A stretch of DNA of 64,000 bases, from assembly GCF_001194135.2 (NCBI RefSeq), contig NC_069003.1, forward strand, positions 1,957,196-2,021,195, written 5' to 3'. Both the position numbers and the translations under genes were made by a program. A model generated the notes under the pieces. It was not told the DNA's origin, searched no databases, and saw nothing but the letters and a program-made list of their open reading frames with translations. Source of the DNA: Octopus bimaculoides. Taxonomy: Eukaryota. Positions 51,118-64,000 of the stretch are shown here, piece by piece; position 1 is the stretch's first letter; every line of letters begins with the position of its first letter.

Positions 51118-51890
51118 CATTCTTTCCAGTGGAACTTGGAAAGATCAATCGATGGTGTCTTGACTCAGGAGTAAGATGGCTATACTAAATCCTTTCAACC
51201 ACAAATCAAACAATCCCTTTCGTCATAGCCACTAACCAGGAGAACATGGCCTGCCCAACCTCATTAAATGCGGACAGCAGGGTAATACTTCCTAATTAAA
51301 TAAATCTTACCTTTATTTCTTACAGTTCGTCAAAGGATGTTGGCATCATACATGACAAAACGATGAGCGCTTACACACAATCGAGTAAGTGAAAGCAAGT
51401 ATAAATTTGAATATTGAGAAATAACATGGGAGGAGAAAAGTATCAATAGGAATTGGCCCTGTAAGATGAAAGAAGTGACACCTATTATTTGATTACCGTT
51501 GCTGTAAGGGTCAGGTGTCTTGTTTCATTATTGGGCACTAGCCTATGGTTGCAGACTAGTACCTGATCCATCAATCGTGCTCTTCGCTCAACTCTCTTCG
51601 ACGTTTCATCAAATTTAAAAAAAGACGCCAATTTCCTTCTTCTCACACCTAGAATTCTTCCTTCACTCCATCGCCTCTCTTCTTGTATTTCGCTTTTTTA
51701 TTCTCACATTTCCAACCAGGTTGAACTTGGAGAAGTTCAGAAGAGAATAAAGAAAGGAATATGTCTATCATTAGGCCTTTTCCAGGAAGATCAGGTATAA
51801 AACCTCCTCCACAATACAAAAGATCTGTCACATGACACCACTGACAAGAAATGTCAGGACTTTGACCTATGAAAAGCAAACTAGATTCAT
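51118..51890 (+). mobile_element. Possible ancient CR1/L2-group LINE RT/thumb remnant
   Basis: Discontinuous motifs FQWNLE/INRWCLDSG (like LQxDLxxIxxWC), SSKDVGIIHDKTMS (like KDLGVxxDxxL), ELGEVQKR (like LExVQRR) and LTYEKQ (like LSYEERL), in the expected order but heavily disrupted. Confidence 0.35.
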
Positions 51891-52396
51891 TGTCATGTGG
51901 TGTGCATCCGGGAGAGGCTCAATTAGTGGCATTTCGGTGCCAGTGGAATTTATGACGAGCCTCAATGACAATAATAAAATCAATGGCGATACAGATTAAT
52001 AGATAACTACGAACGTAAAGGCGATAGGCACAATAGATAACTATCTTAGAACGAAATCAGAAAATATAATAAAGAAATAGGAACGAACAATTAAAGAAAA
52101 TTATATCTGAAATGCAGAATAATAATAACGTTATATATAAGCAAGTAAATAAAATTTTCAAAGAGAATTATTGATATAATGTTTTTTTTTTATTGAAAGG
52201 AGAAAGAAAGGTTTATCAAGAAATGTGATTCAGCAAGGTGGGTTGTGTGTGGAAGGGGCTTCTAATTGATAAAGTAAAAGAGCTTGATGGGTCTGCAACT
52301 GAATAATTGGTTCAATTTGACAAATGTTCATTAAAATCGATATGCACATTAGTTTAAAATTTAAGATAGGATAATGCATACGTATGTATATTCGTG

Positions 52397-52455
<59 letters not shown>

Positions 52456-52927
52456 NNNNNNNNNNNNNNNNNNNNNNNNNNNNNNNNNNNNNNNNNNNNN
52501 NNNNNNNNNNNNNNNNNNNNNNNNNNNNNNNNNNNNNNNNNNNNNNNNNNNNNNNNNNNNNNNNNNNNNNNNNNNNNNNNNNNNNNNNNNNNNNNNNNNN
52601 NNNNNNNNNNNNNNNNNNNNNNNNNNNNNNNNNNNNNNNNNNNNNNNNNNNNNNNNNNNNNNNNNNNNNNNNNNNNNNNNNNNNNNNNNNNNNNNNNNNN
52701 NNNNNNNNNNNNNNNNNNNNNNNNNNNNNNNNNNNNNNNNNNNNNNNNNNNNNNNNNNNNNNNNNNNNNNNNNNNNNNNNNNNNNNNNNNNNNNNNNNNN
52801 NNNNNNNNNNNNNNNNNNNNNNNNNNNNNNNNNNNNNNNNNNNNNNNNNNNNNNNNNNNNNNNNNNNNNNNNNNNNNNNNNNNNNNNNNNNNNNNNNNNN
52901 NNNNNNNNNNNNNNNNNCACAGATATG

Positions 52928-52973
<46 letters not shown>

Positions 52974-55807
52974 CATACACGGCGTTTCTGGTATGAAAAA
53001 TAATAGCAGATTTTGAACATAGAAATGCTTTCAAACAAACATGATTTATTTCGTTCTCGAGGGCTTCGAAAACTGAAAAATCACTTCATATGTGTTTACA
53101 TTTCGTCTTTTATACTTGATTTCTTTTCGCTTTTCGGTTTCCTATTTTTCATTTTTTTCATGATTTCTTTATTCACATGTTGGTTGTTGATAAACGGGAA
53201 CATTCGTTGGTGGCGAACATTCGTGATGGCTTCTTGCCCCTTTTAGCTTGTTGTGACAGTAATAATTAAGGTAGAAGCGGCTTTTTTTCTCGCATTGATT
53301 TCTTGATTGTGGCGGCCTCTGTGATGTTATTAATGGTGGTGGTCTGTTCTCATTATATGTTTTTTCGTGATCCGTATTCGTGGCCGTGTTTCACTTATTT
53401 CGTTTTTTCTATTATTACGTGTGGCGGTGTTGGTGGGTGCCATGGTTGTTGTGATTTTAGTGATGGCGGTATATACCACGTCACTATTTTATGCTGTTGT
53501 CGGCTGCTACTTGTGCGGATGCTAGTTCTGTTTAAATGTATACCGTCTTCTAAACAATTATTTCGGCTGTTCTTATTCCGTTGTTTCACTCCAGGTCAAT
53601 CCTTACTGAGCCGAACTCTGATCATCGTAAAACAAATAAACAAATGTATTGTGGTAATCTTGAACATCAGCGGCTTTTTTTTCTCCAGGTGGCAGCTAAT
53701 AATACAATTCCGAATTACTTAGCTGTTTTTTTTTTTTTTGTATTTTGTGAGTGTACAGAACGAGTCTGATTTTGATGAATGTTCTGTTGCTGGGCCTTGG
53801 CGGTTCAGACGACCAAACAAACTCTTCTGGGTTGGCATAAAGATACTGTTGTTGTTGTTGTTGTTGTTGTTGCTACTCCTGTTGTTTTTCGTAGTAGTGG
53901 TGGTGGTGGTGCTCATCATTGTCGTGGTGGTGCTGGTGTTGATAATTGTGGTGGTGCCACCGTTGTCGGTGTTTTTGTTGTTGTTGATGTTGTTGTTGGT
54001 GGTGGTGTTGGTGATGGTGCTGCTGCTGGTGGTGCTGGTGCTTGTGGTGCAGTGGTGATGGTGGTGGTGGTGGTGGTGGTGGTGGTGGTGGTGTTAGTAG
54101 TTGCGGTTAGAGCGTTGGTGGTGGTAATAAGTGGTGCCTGTCGTGGTGGTGTTAGTGGTAGAAGTGGTGGCGTTGATGGTAGTAATGATGGCTATGGTGA
54201 CGATGGTGGCGATGATGGCGGTAGCAAAGGTGGTTGTGGCAGTCGTGGTGTTGGCGTGGATAGTGNNNNNNNNNNNNNNNNNNNNNNNNNNNNNNNNNNN
54301 NNNNNNNNNNNNNNNNNNNNNNNNNNNNNNNNNNNNNNNNNNNNNNNNNNNNNNNNNNNNNNNNNNNNNNNNNNNNNNNNNNNNNNNNNNNNNNNNNNNN
54401 NNNNNNNNNNNNNNNNNNNNNNNNNNNNNNNNNNNNNNNNNNNNNNNNNNNNNNNNNNNNNNNNNNNNNNNNNNNNNNNNNNNNNNNNNNNNNNNNNNNN
54501 NNNNNNNNNNNNNNNNNNNNNNNNNNNNNNNNNNNNNNNNNNNNNNNNNNNNNNNNNNNNNNNNNNNNNNNNNNNNNNNNNNNNNNNNNNNNNNNNNNNN
54601 NNNNNNNNNNNNNNNNNNNNNNNNNNNNNNNNNNNNNNNNNNNNNNNNNNNNNNNNNNNNNNNNNNNNNNNNNNNNNNNNNNNNNNNNNNNNNNNNNNNN
54701 NNNNNNNNNNNNNNNNNNNNNNNNNNNNNNNNNNNNNNNNNNNNNNNNNNNNNNNNNNNNNNNNNNNNNNNNNNNNNNNNNNNNNNNNNNNNNNNNNNNN
54801 NNNNNNNNNNNNNNNNNNNNNNNNNNNNNNNNNNNNNNNNNNNNNNNNNNNNNNNNNNNTGTCATTGTTGACATTGGTGGTGTTGGGCCGAAAAGATGCT
54901 CAGCTTATTGATGACGATGATGGTTTCTATAATGATTTCTGTTCATTTCGTTTATTTTACATGAAATTAGACGTTGTTTATTTTTCATAAAATGCTGCAG
55001 TTCTTCATTTTGTTGTCGTCCTTATTGCTATTATTGTTGTTGTTGTTGCGCGTGTGTTTGAATAACATGTTTGATGATACACCGATGTTATTTATTTTTT
55101 GTTATTGTGTTTGTTATTGTTTTTTTGTGTTTTGCTGGTGTTGTAATGCTGTTTGGTTTCTTTGCTTTTTGTTTTTGTTTATTCAAGTCGATTTACATGT
55201 TATACTTCTTGTTGTTGTTACATTTCGTTTTTACACATGGCCACAGTTAATTGATAATGCAGTAGTTAGGCACTCGTCGCAAATGAAGGATTCACGATCA
55301 TCATCATCGTCGTTATTGCCATCATCATCATCATCATCATCATTATCATCATTATCATCACCATCATCATTACCACCATCATCATCATCAACAGTATGAG
55401 GGTGAGGGTCGGCGAAGGTGCTGGACGCATCGAATTTTACAAGTGACCCTTTCGAAGCGTATGCACAAACGTGCTGTCCCCAAGCGAATTTATTGAAGGG
55501 TTAGTGAAACTGATATAAATTGCTCGAATGAATGGTGTCACACTACGTATAGACCTCAGAAGAGAATTTGCAGGGGCTCCTGTCCTCCCTAGCTATCATC
55601 TCTCTTGGGGTACTTCCTAGAGGTCCTCCTGTAAGGTGTTGATGGTAGCAATGATGGCGATTGTGGCGATGATGGCGATGATAGCGGTAGCGGTCATGGC
55701 GAAGATGGTTGTGGTATTGTTGTGGATAGTGATGATAGTGCTGCACGGCACCCCAATGCACAACATATTAGAGAGCTCGAAAAGGAAAATGCCTAGCATC
55801 GCTAAAC

Positions 55808-57015
55808 TTAGATGCCAAGAATCTTCGTAAGTATGCTAGCTGTCCCTAATAAAACAGCTTCCTGGAACTGTACTAAACTAGGTTTTATGCCTATTTCCTG
55901 TTGCCATCTTTAGGGATACTTCCTAATGCATCTGTATCAACAGAAATACATTCTACCACCACTTACCGTAGTCTCTATAACTCAATGGCTACATCCTCGT
56001 ACCTCCGGATCAATGACCTTCGCATCCATTGGTTCTGTAAAATCCATTTCCAGGCACTTTGTATTCTCTTTGTCTACTACTATTAAATGAAGCCTTCTAG
56101 CTTCTATTACTTTGTTAGTCTGGATGTTAAAGTCACACAACATCTCACGTTTCTTACTTTCTAGTATTTTGCACTGATCTTAATGTCAGGCCATCTGGTA
56201 ACTGGATGCCTTCGCTGTTGCCTACCTGTCCCCATCCCATGACTAATATTGCATACCTCTCTCTATCAATTTCTATAGTTATATCTTTGCGGGGATGTCA
56301 TACAATATGTATTAAGAAATCTATCTCATTTTTTATTCTTACTAAAAAGCCTTAGACCATCCATATAGAACAAATCGTTAATGTTTTACTATCACTTAAC
56401 TGATACCCTGCCTCTGTCTTCTTTACTATTAACCTGAGGGGTATTAAATATAAGACAAATATTAAAAAGAATAACAAGTCTACTTAGAAAATTCTTCTCT
56501 TGATATTAACTAACCCCGAGGCTGTGAGTAGAAATCTACTTTACATTTTTTCATGCTAAATCTAATTAATTCGCTTCTTTTGTTAGCAATACTGATTATA
56601 CTCTAACATGCACTTAGACATGGCTGTGGAATCATGTCATAAGCTTTCTTATAATCTATTCATGTTATTGTTAAATCTCTCTTCTTTTAGAACTAAATTT
56701 CTCGTCTTTGATAACTACTTTATCTACGTATAATAGATCAAGCGGTCCTCCAGCGTTCTTCCTGAAACCTTTCTTCATTTCTAGCAGCCAATAATGGCTA
56801 TAAACGCTTTCTGAGATCATTTCTTCTAACAGCTTCCACACTAATGTTTCTCATGTGATTGGTCTATAATTATTAGCCATATTGCTTTCTATTTCTATAA
56901 AGGTATACTGTTTTTCCTCTTGTCATCCAATCGGATATAAATCCTCCATTCAGACAATCCTGAAGTTTTCCTCAGTCTCTAATGTGAGCTTACTAAATTA
57001 CTTTACCATTAATTT
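55808..57015 (-). mobile_element. R4/Dong-like LINE: RT domains 0-5 joined by an internal deletion to the RLE domain and C-terminus; decayed
   Basis: Reads LQDCLNGGFISDWMTRGKTV; NYRPIT; GFRKNAGGPLDLLYVDK; IDYKKAYDMIP; NIKRRIF; LFYMDGLRLFSKN; EGIQLPDG. After the junction near 56170: KILESKKREMLCDFNIQTNKVIEARRLHLIVVDKENTKC...DALGSIPKD...EIGIKPSLVQFQEAVLLGTASILTKILGI*. The 5' end abuts (TAA)n at 57018-57076. Confidence 0.9.
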
Positions 57016-57016
57016 C

Positions 57017-57076
<60 letters not shown>

Positions 57077-57110
57077 GCTGCGGCGCGCTGACAGTATTTT
57101 TGCACAGCAA

Positions 57111-57525
57111 TCTCTATGCTTAGCGACATTTCTGCTCGTTTTACTTTCTGAAATCCAATTCTGCCGTCGACAACTTTGCTTATTTCGGGGCGATGAAATA
57201 CGTCCCAGTTGAGCACTTGAGTCAATGCTGTCGATTGACTTCCAATTCAACGATTTCAAACTCTGTCCTTCTTGTATTCTTTGATTTGGGTGTCGGTGTG
57301 GGATTATTGGCGTTGTTGCGTGTGTAGTGGTTTTGGTGATGGTTTGGTGGTGCTTTTATCGGTGCTGCTGTTGCTAGTCGAAATCGTAGATATTCGATAT
57401 GGTGTTACATTTCGGCTTTTGTTGCTGATGATGTTCAGAGCGTTGTTGTATGGTGAATTTGTTGAGTTGAGTGAAGTGATTTGTTGCAGGTTGTTGTCTA
57501 GGCTTAGTATGAATGTTACTCGTAA
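57111..57525 (+). repeat. Copy 1 of a diverged local duplication (SINE A + GT-rich flank)
   Basis: Colinear by eye with 59707-60145 through both the SINE and the non-SINE flank (for example ATGGTGTTACATTTCGG, GAGCGTTGTTGTAT, TTGCAGGTTGTTGTC). Confidence 0.85.
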
Positions 57526-58549
57526 TTGTTGTGTTTGTGTCTCTCATCAAGTTTGCGGTGGCTGCGACGACGAAGCCAGTCTTGGTGGCGCAGGTGGTGA
57601 TAGTCGTAATCTTAGTGGTCCTCTTTTATTATGTTTTTGTTTGCTGTTGTTATGTTTTGGTTGTGGTTATTCTAATTGTGGTGCTTGTAACGTCTGACTT
57701 GCTGGTGTTGGTGAAGTTGATTTTGTGTTCAAGTTTTGTGGTGGATAACGAACGTAAAATGTAACAAGAATATCTCAGCGCAACCTTTGTGATGCTGGCA
57801 ATGTCGGGGAACATTTTAATTCCATTTCAATTTGAGAATTAAACATTTAAAAATTTGGAGATTAACCGCGATGAAAGTAGGAGGAAAAACAACGTAAATT
57901 GAAAAAGCATTATCTGAAGATTTTATTTTCAGATAATGGTATTAAAACTACTTAATAAGCTTTCTTTAATGTTGACTAAAATGTAATGTGTATGTACATG
58001 TATTTTCATACATAAATGTGTGTAAAAATCTTTAAAAATATCTGTATGTAATTTCATAATGTGTGTGCGAGCTTTTAATGGTATTTTTTTTTATTGACAG
58101 TCCTCAATGGATAATGCATACACAATTTGAGATCCATTTATAGAAACCCGTTAGCATTAAATTCTATGAATTTGTTTATTCCCCTCGTAATGATATTTTG
58201 TTTTTAATTATGTAAAGCCATCACTTCGGTCATTGAAGTGTAGAGCGACGATGCAGTGCATAAGATTTGTCCATTCCCTAGACGTCATTTAGTCTGGTCT
58301 TGTACAATGTTCCGGCTGCAACAGAAAACTTCCATATACAAACGATTAAGGAGGTTAATATTTGTATTTACAACGTTAACGTGCTCTTACATCTTATAAA
58401 CGACTCAACATTAAGTTGGTCAACAAAATTCTCTGACTGTTTGGTTAGTCAAAGCTGTACAAACGAACCAGCGGAATCTAATTACACATACAAAGACAGG
58501 GTAATTATGTTATTTTGCATTCTTTTACTATTTTACTAGTTTCAGTGAT

Positions 58550-58715
58550 ATGACTATAAACATGATGTAGCACCGACTTGAGTCGAAAAGATCGACCCCA
58601 GGACTTATTCTTCGTAAGTTTAGTAATTATACTGTCGGTTTCTTTTGGCGAAGCGCTACATAAAGTGGTCGTACGCACACCAACGTCGGGTGCCGAGTGA
58701 TTGTTGGGGGAAGAA
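58550..58715 (-). mobile_element. SINE family B 3' half, degraded
   Basis: TCGACCCCAGGACTTATTCTTCGTAAG...CACACCAACGTCGG is the reverse complement of the family B tail. Confidence 0.75.
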
Positions 58716-58810
58716 ATAGAGACACACAGAAACTTTCAGTGAAATGACTCTATTGCTGTAGAATGTTTTACACCCGGGTGAGATTATGTGGACGTGTGCA
58801 TGTATGCACG

Positions 58811-58896
<86 letters not shown>

Positions 58897-59000
58897 CTTC
58901 TTTATCTTTCAACGTATCAGTATCTGAAGCTACTTGTGTATCTATCTCTCTGTCTATCTACGTATCAATCTGTTTATCTGTCAATTAATCAATCCATCCG

Positions 59001-59053
<53 letters not shown>

Positions 59054-59706
59054 ACTTGTGCGTTGGATTGTGTTTCCGTGCGCATATAAATCATAATATT
59101 AATCAAATAGAGATTATTAGTTATTACACGCTGAGCCTCTGATATATTATATACAGCAACTTTCTATTTCCTCAGTTCTTCAAACAAATCGAAGCCACCC
59201 CTACCCATTTCTTTCCAATCATTTCCTTCATATATGCTATGACTCATCATATATTAATTTAGCCGAATCGTTCGTAAATCTAATAACTGTAAATATTGAT
59301 ATATAATAGCACATAACACCTAAATATAACCAGAGATAAACATACGCTCGAGGAAACATATAAGGCAAAAGTTTACATACGCGTATACGTACATACAAAT
59401 CATTGTATACTATGCCTTACAAATGTGGTCACGTGTGTAGGGAAAGGAATTTAGTCATTCAGATATCTTCCGTCTTTAAGATGTCCGCCATTGATCCTAC
59501 GACTCGTGTTAAAATATTTCCTGTATTATACAACGAAAAATTAGCTAGACTTCAATCAGAGTTGATATGAAGTAATCTTAGTTTCAACGGTTAACTGCGG
59601 TAAACAAAGGAAAGGGAAGCAACTGAAACATGTTAGCAGCAGATTGTGTTAGAGGTGAGTCCCTTCGTGAAAATGGAATGAAAACCTAGCGATGTATGCA
59701 CGCGGG

Positions 59707-60145
59707 TCTCAATGCTTAGCGACATTTCTGCCGGTTTTACGTTCTGAAATCCAACTCAGCCGTCGTCGACTTTGCTTATTTCGGGTCGATGAAATAAGTC
59801 CCAGGGGAGTACTCGACTCAATGTTATCGATTGACCTCCTCTCCAACAATTTTAAGCCTTGTCCTTCTCGTATTCTGTGATTTAAGTGTGGATGTGGGGT
59901 TATGGGCGCTGTTGCCTGCGGCGGTGGTGATATAATTGCCGTTGCATGTGTAGTGGTGTTGATGATGGTTTAGTGGTGCATTTGTCGATGCTGGTTTTGC
60001 TAGTAGAAGTTGTGGAGACTGAAATGGTGTTACATTTCGGGTCTTGTTGCTGATGCTGTTGAGAGCGTTGTTGTATAGTGAAGTTGTTGAGCTTGGTAGT
60101 TGTGATTAGTTGCAGGTTGTTGTCCAGGCGATGTTATTGCTAATA
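59707..60145 (+). repeat. Copy 2 of the diverged local duplication
   Basis: Colinear with 57111-57525 and shares the same shortened TTTGCTTATTTCGGG SINE segment. Confidence 0.85.
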
Positions 60146-60904
60146 AGGTTATCCACACCGGACGCGATGCGGTAACCTCCACATGATTTTCATTCTCAGC
60201 AGCCAAATCTTCATGGTAAAAATTGGCGGATGATTTAAGTAATATAATCTTAAATAAATACATTGCTAGATAAATACAATTACTACAAATATAGCATCAA
60301 ATCAGCAAATTAAGCATCAAATCAAGTTATGTTATATGAAAATACGGCAACCATACATGATATCTACAGCTGGTTTTACTGCAGTTTTAATCCACCCGCA
60401 AGGTGTTACGATTGAGGGAAAATATAATTGCCACTTAATGCTACAAATAGGAACAAAAATGATCTAATGCTGGTAATACGTTGCGCATGGCTGTTTATAT
60501 TAATTTTTTGATGAACATTAGCGATTTGCCATAATTTTTTATTGATAATACATATCAGCTGACTGTCGGCCGAACTCGGAAACAGCCGAACGAGCAGTCT
60601 TTACTGACGAGGCCATGGTAATAGCCAGAACTGAACGTTCAGTATTGGGAATTCTCAAGTGGGTGTTTTGGGCAATTAAAGTCCTATGAGAATATATGTA
60701 TATATAATTTTGTACTTTTAATACAGCAGTAAAACATTCTAGCTCTTATTTCTAGCAATGTAGGTGTCTAGACGCACTGAGTCGCATTTAATGAGAATTA
60801 TATTTTCCATTTAGAGAACTCATTGCGCAAAGCTGTTTATATATATACACATACATATATATATATATATATATACACATACATATATATATACACACAT
60901 ATAC

Positions 60905-60999
<95 letters not shown>

Positions 61000-62384
61000 G
61001 CGCGTTATGAATTTATTCCTCTTCCTAACCAAAATGTAGGCTTTTTTCCCATAATGATAGGATGGATGCTTCAATGATATTGAAAAACCATCAACTAAAA
61101 ATATTTCTAGTATTTTCATCTACCAGACACATTCCTAGATTCAATAATCTGCACATAGCGGTTCCTTTGAAGTTGTACTTTGATAGTTATTTAAGTTCTA
61201 CGCAGAGATAAACATTCTATTATGCAACGTAATTTAAAATTGTTTTCTATTCCCATCAATTTTATATCACCGCGTTTGTACGTAGTAGTTTTAGCTTTAT
61301 TATTTGTTTTAGTACGTATGGCTAATGTTTTTGGTAATAAACGTATGACATTAGTTTGTTTTTGTTTCAGAAGCGTGCTATATTATTTCGAGATATCATT
61401 AACTTTTTATAGAACTTTTGTGTGTATCGCAGTCATATCGAGTGTGTTATGAAAACGTTTGGGAAACTAACGATATTTTCTAAATTTGAACGCTTGCCAT
61501 CATGACATTTTATTTTAGCTATACAGGTATTTTACAGTATTTCGCACGATATAGAAATAGTCTTTTAAAATTTAAAGATTGACTGCTTTACCATAATCCA
61601 AACACATTGATTTGTCATTAGATATAATTTCCGCTAAAAGAAATCACAGCTCTAATATGTTCATGCAACAAATATATATTCTTTCTACGATACCTGTAGC
61701 GAAAGCGGCATGAGCATATTAAGATTTCACTTCTTTCTTTAAATTAACTGTTTATTCATTTTCATTATTAACGTTAATACATTTCTTTTAATTTATATAT
61801 TCTCTTCGAACTGCACTTAATTTCACATTATTCGATCATTTATTTGGGAATCTATACTAGCAATACCATCGATGTTTCATTCGTTTATTATGAAAAAAGT
61901 TTACACAGATTTTCCGAATTAAATTACTAAGAGTATAGTGAAAATTTTCAAAATATGTTTAACATGCTCATTGCAAAGAGTTGAGAACGGTCAAATGTAG
62001 GCGATTTCATGAATATCACATATAATTTGCCTATAGAACTTCCAAATTTTATGATAAATACATTACTCATATTAAAACGATGAAACTATACGTATGTACA
62101 TGTGCAGTGATTGTATGCTCATCGTGAGGCGAAATGTTTGTGGAGCGGGAGGGCGATATTTATTTCTGTATTTTTCATTTTAGATATGCAGCGAAAGAAA
62201 AGTAGCGCAAGTTCTCCTTATAATCTGTGTTTCAGGTCATGAGATTCTGATTAGTGTTTAAGTATCATATGTATAGAATACACAGAAAATAGGCACAAAG
62301 GAACACAGAGACGTACAAGAAATTGTATACAGGGACGGGTAACGCTTATTGTATACGCGTTGGTCGTGCTAGGGCTATGGTAGA

Positions 62385-62472
62385 AAAAACCAGGACACGA
62401 TGCCATGTAATAGAACTGTACCCAGCCCAGAATCTTGAAAAGAAACTGCTTCTAGCATACCATGCCTGCTCC
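62385..62472 (-). mobile_element. Degraded SINE family B head
   Basis: Reverse complement reads GGAGCAGGCATGGTATGCTAGAAGCAGTTTC...GGGTACAGTTCTATTACATGGCATCGTG. Confidence 0.5.
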
Positions 62473-62484
62473 TATACACGCCAA

Positions 62485-62548
<64 letters not shown>

Positions 62549-63958
62549 NNNNNNNNNNNNNNNNNNNNNNNNNNNNNNNNNNNNNNNNNNNNNNNNNNNN
62601 NNNNNNNNNNNNNNNNNNNNNNNNNNNNNNNNNNNNNNNNNNNNNNNNNNNNNNNNNNNNNNNNNNNNNNNNNNNNNNNNNNNNNNNNNNNNNNNNNNNN
62701 NNNNNNNNNNNNNNNNNNNNNNNNNNNNNNNNNNNNNNNNNNNNNNNNNNNNNNNNNNNNNNNNNNNNNNNNNNNNNNNNNNNNNNNNNNNNNNNNNNNN
62801 NNNNNNNNNNNNNNNNNNNNNNNNNNNNNNNNNNNNNNNNNNNNNNNNNNNNNNNNNNNNNNNNNNNNNNNNNNNNNNNNNNNNNNNNNNNNNNNNNNNN
62901 NNNNNNNNNNNNNNNNNNNNNNNNNNNNNNNNNNNNNNNNNNNNNNNNNNNNNNNNNNNNNNNNNNNNNNNNNNNNNNNNNNNNNNNNNNNNNNNNNNNN
63001 NNNNNNNNNNNNNNNNNNNNNNNNNNNNNNNNNNNNNNNNNNNNNNNNNNNNNNNNNNNNNNNNNNNNNNNNNNNNNNNNNNNNNNNNNNNNNNNNNNNN
63101 NNNNNNNNNNNNNNNNNNNNNNNNNNNNNNNNNNNNNNNNNNNNNNNNNNNNNNNNNNNNNNNNNNNNNNNNNNNNNNNNNNNNNNNNNNNNNNNNNNNN
63201 NNNNNNNNNNNNNNNNNNNNNNNNNNNNNNNNNNNNNNNTATATATACATATATATATATGCATACAGCTTACATAAATACATGTGATATATTGTTTACA
63301 GCTCTAGCTTACTCTTGTAGCTTTATTATTGTGTATTTAGAAAATATATAGGTGACCATATAGAACAGCAAGTTGCATTGATCTAATAGATATAAACGTT
63401 ATTTCTATGCTGTGAATGTATTTGTGGTTAAATGTGAAAAGTAAAAACAACATTAAGAAAAATGTTGCAGTTTTTTTTTTGTTGTGTTATCTTTGGTTTT
63501 TGTGCGAATATTTTTTTTTCATTTTTCATTTTCTATTTTTTATTTTTTTATTTTTGATTTTCCTTGATGTCGGTATATGAAAGTTGGTGTTTGTATTGGC
63601 GCATGATTATATGTTTGTATGTTGTGTACTGCTCTATCTGTTCTGTGTTGTACTACGTATATCTCTGCTAATTTCTTTTTTTTTTTTGCCCTTCCCCCAC
63701 CCCCGCCTTCTATCTTATTTTCAATCAATCTCACCTGTCTCTCTATCATAGCATACAAACATATATATGCACACACACAAACATATATATATATATATAT
63801 ACATATTTGTATATACACACATACATAAATACATATATATACACACATATATATATACTTACATATATATGTATATCTACATACATATATGCTTACACAC
63901 ACATATATATATACATGTACATACATATACATACATATATAAATATATATATATATGC

Positions 63959-64000
<42 letters not shown>

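Noticed and set aside
53595-53830. Adjacent acceptor-like sites and a DFDECS peptide suggesting an EGF exon
   Set aside because: No cysteine spacing of an EGF domain, and the implied intron of 35 nt is too short.
53779-54990. 403-aa ORF, the longest in the track
   Set aside because: Low-complexity GGT/GTT sequence plus a 594-N gap; not a credible protein.
60630-60643. 14-bp perfect palindrome ACTGAACGTTCAGT
   Set aside because: Palindromes of this length are expected by chance in 64 kb and there is no supporting context.

Overview
This window is AT-rich animal genomic DNA, very rich in microsatellites and repeats, with 14 N-gaps (7685-7979, 22891-23086, 27688-27697, 30099-30513, 32602-32611, 36103-36317, 39042-39597, 40757-41096, 42339-42348, 43013-43495, 45988-46053, 52456-52917, 54266-54859, 62549-63239). 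Most gaps abut simple repeats. The SINE families and microsatellite load resemble an octopod cephalopod genome; that is inference from recall, not a database result. I found no recognisable intact host protein-coding gene, rRNA, true tRNA gene or CRISPR array. Most long ORFs in the supplied track are microsatellite or N-gap artefacts. The region looks intergenic or like a very large intron, packed with decayed transposons. These include four fragments of an R4/Dong-like restriction-like-endonuclease (RLE) LINE, two of which abut (TAA)n runs. There is also an L1/Tx1-like element with ORF1 fused almost directly to the ORF2 tail (half-L1 architecture) and a second related 3' end. Other remnants are a Helitron 3' end (helicase C-terminus, hairpin, CTAG), Tc1 and hAT transposase pieces, a pogo/Tigger-type MITE, a probable solo LTR and many SINEs of at least three or four families. 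A diverged local duplication of about 420 bp is present. A few promoter-like CpG patches and small candidate exons are reported at low confidence. The most interesting items are the ORF1-only LINE, the microsatellite-associated Dong-like copies and the solo-LTR candidate. I cannot show from sequence alone that any of these is a new system.
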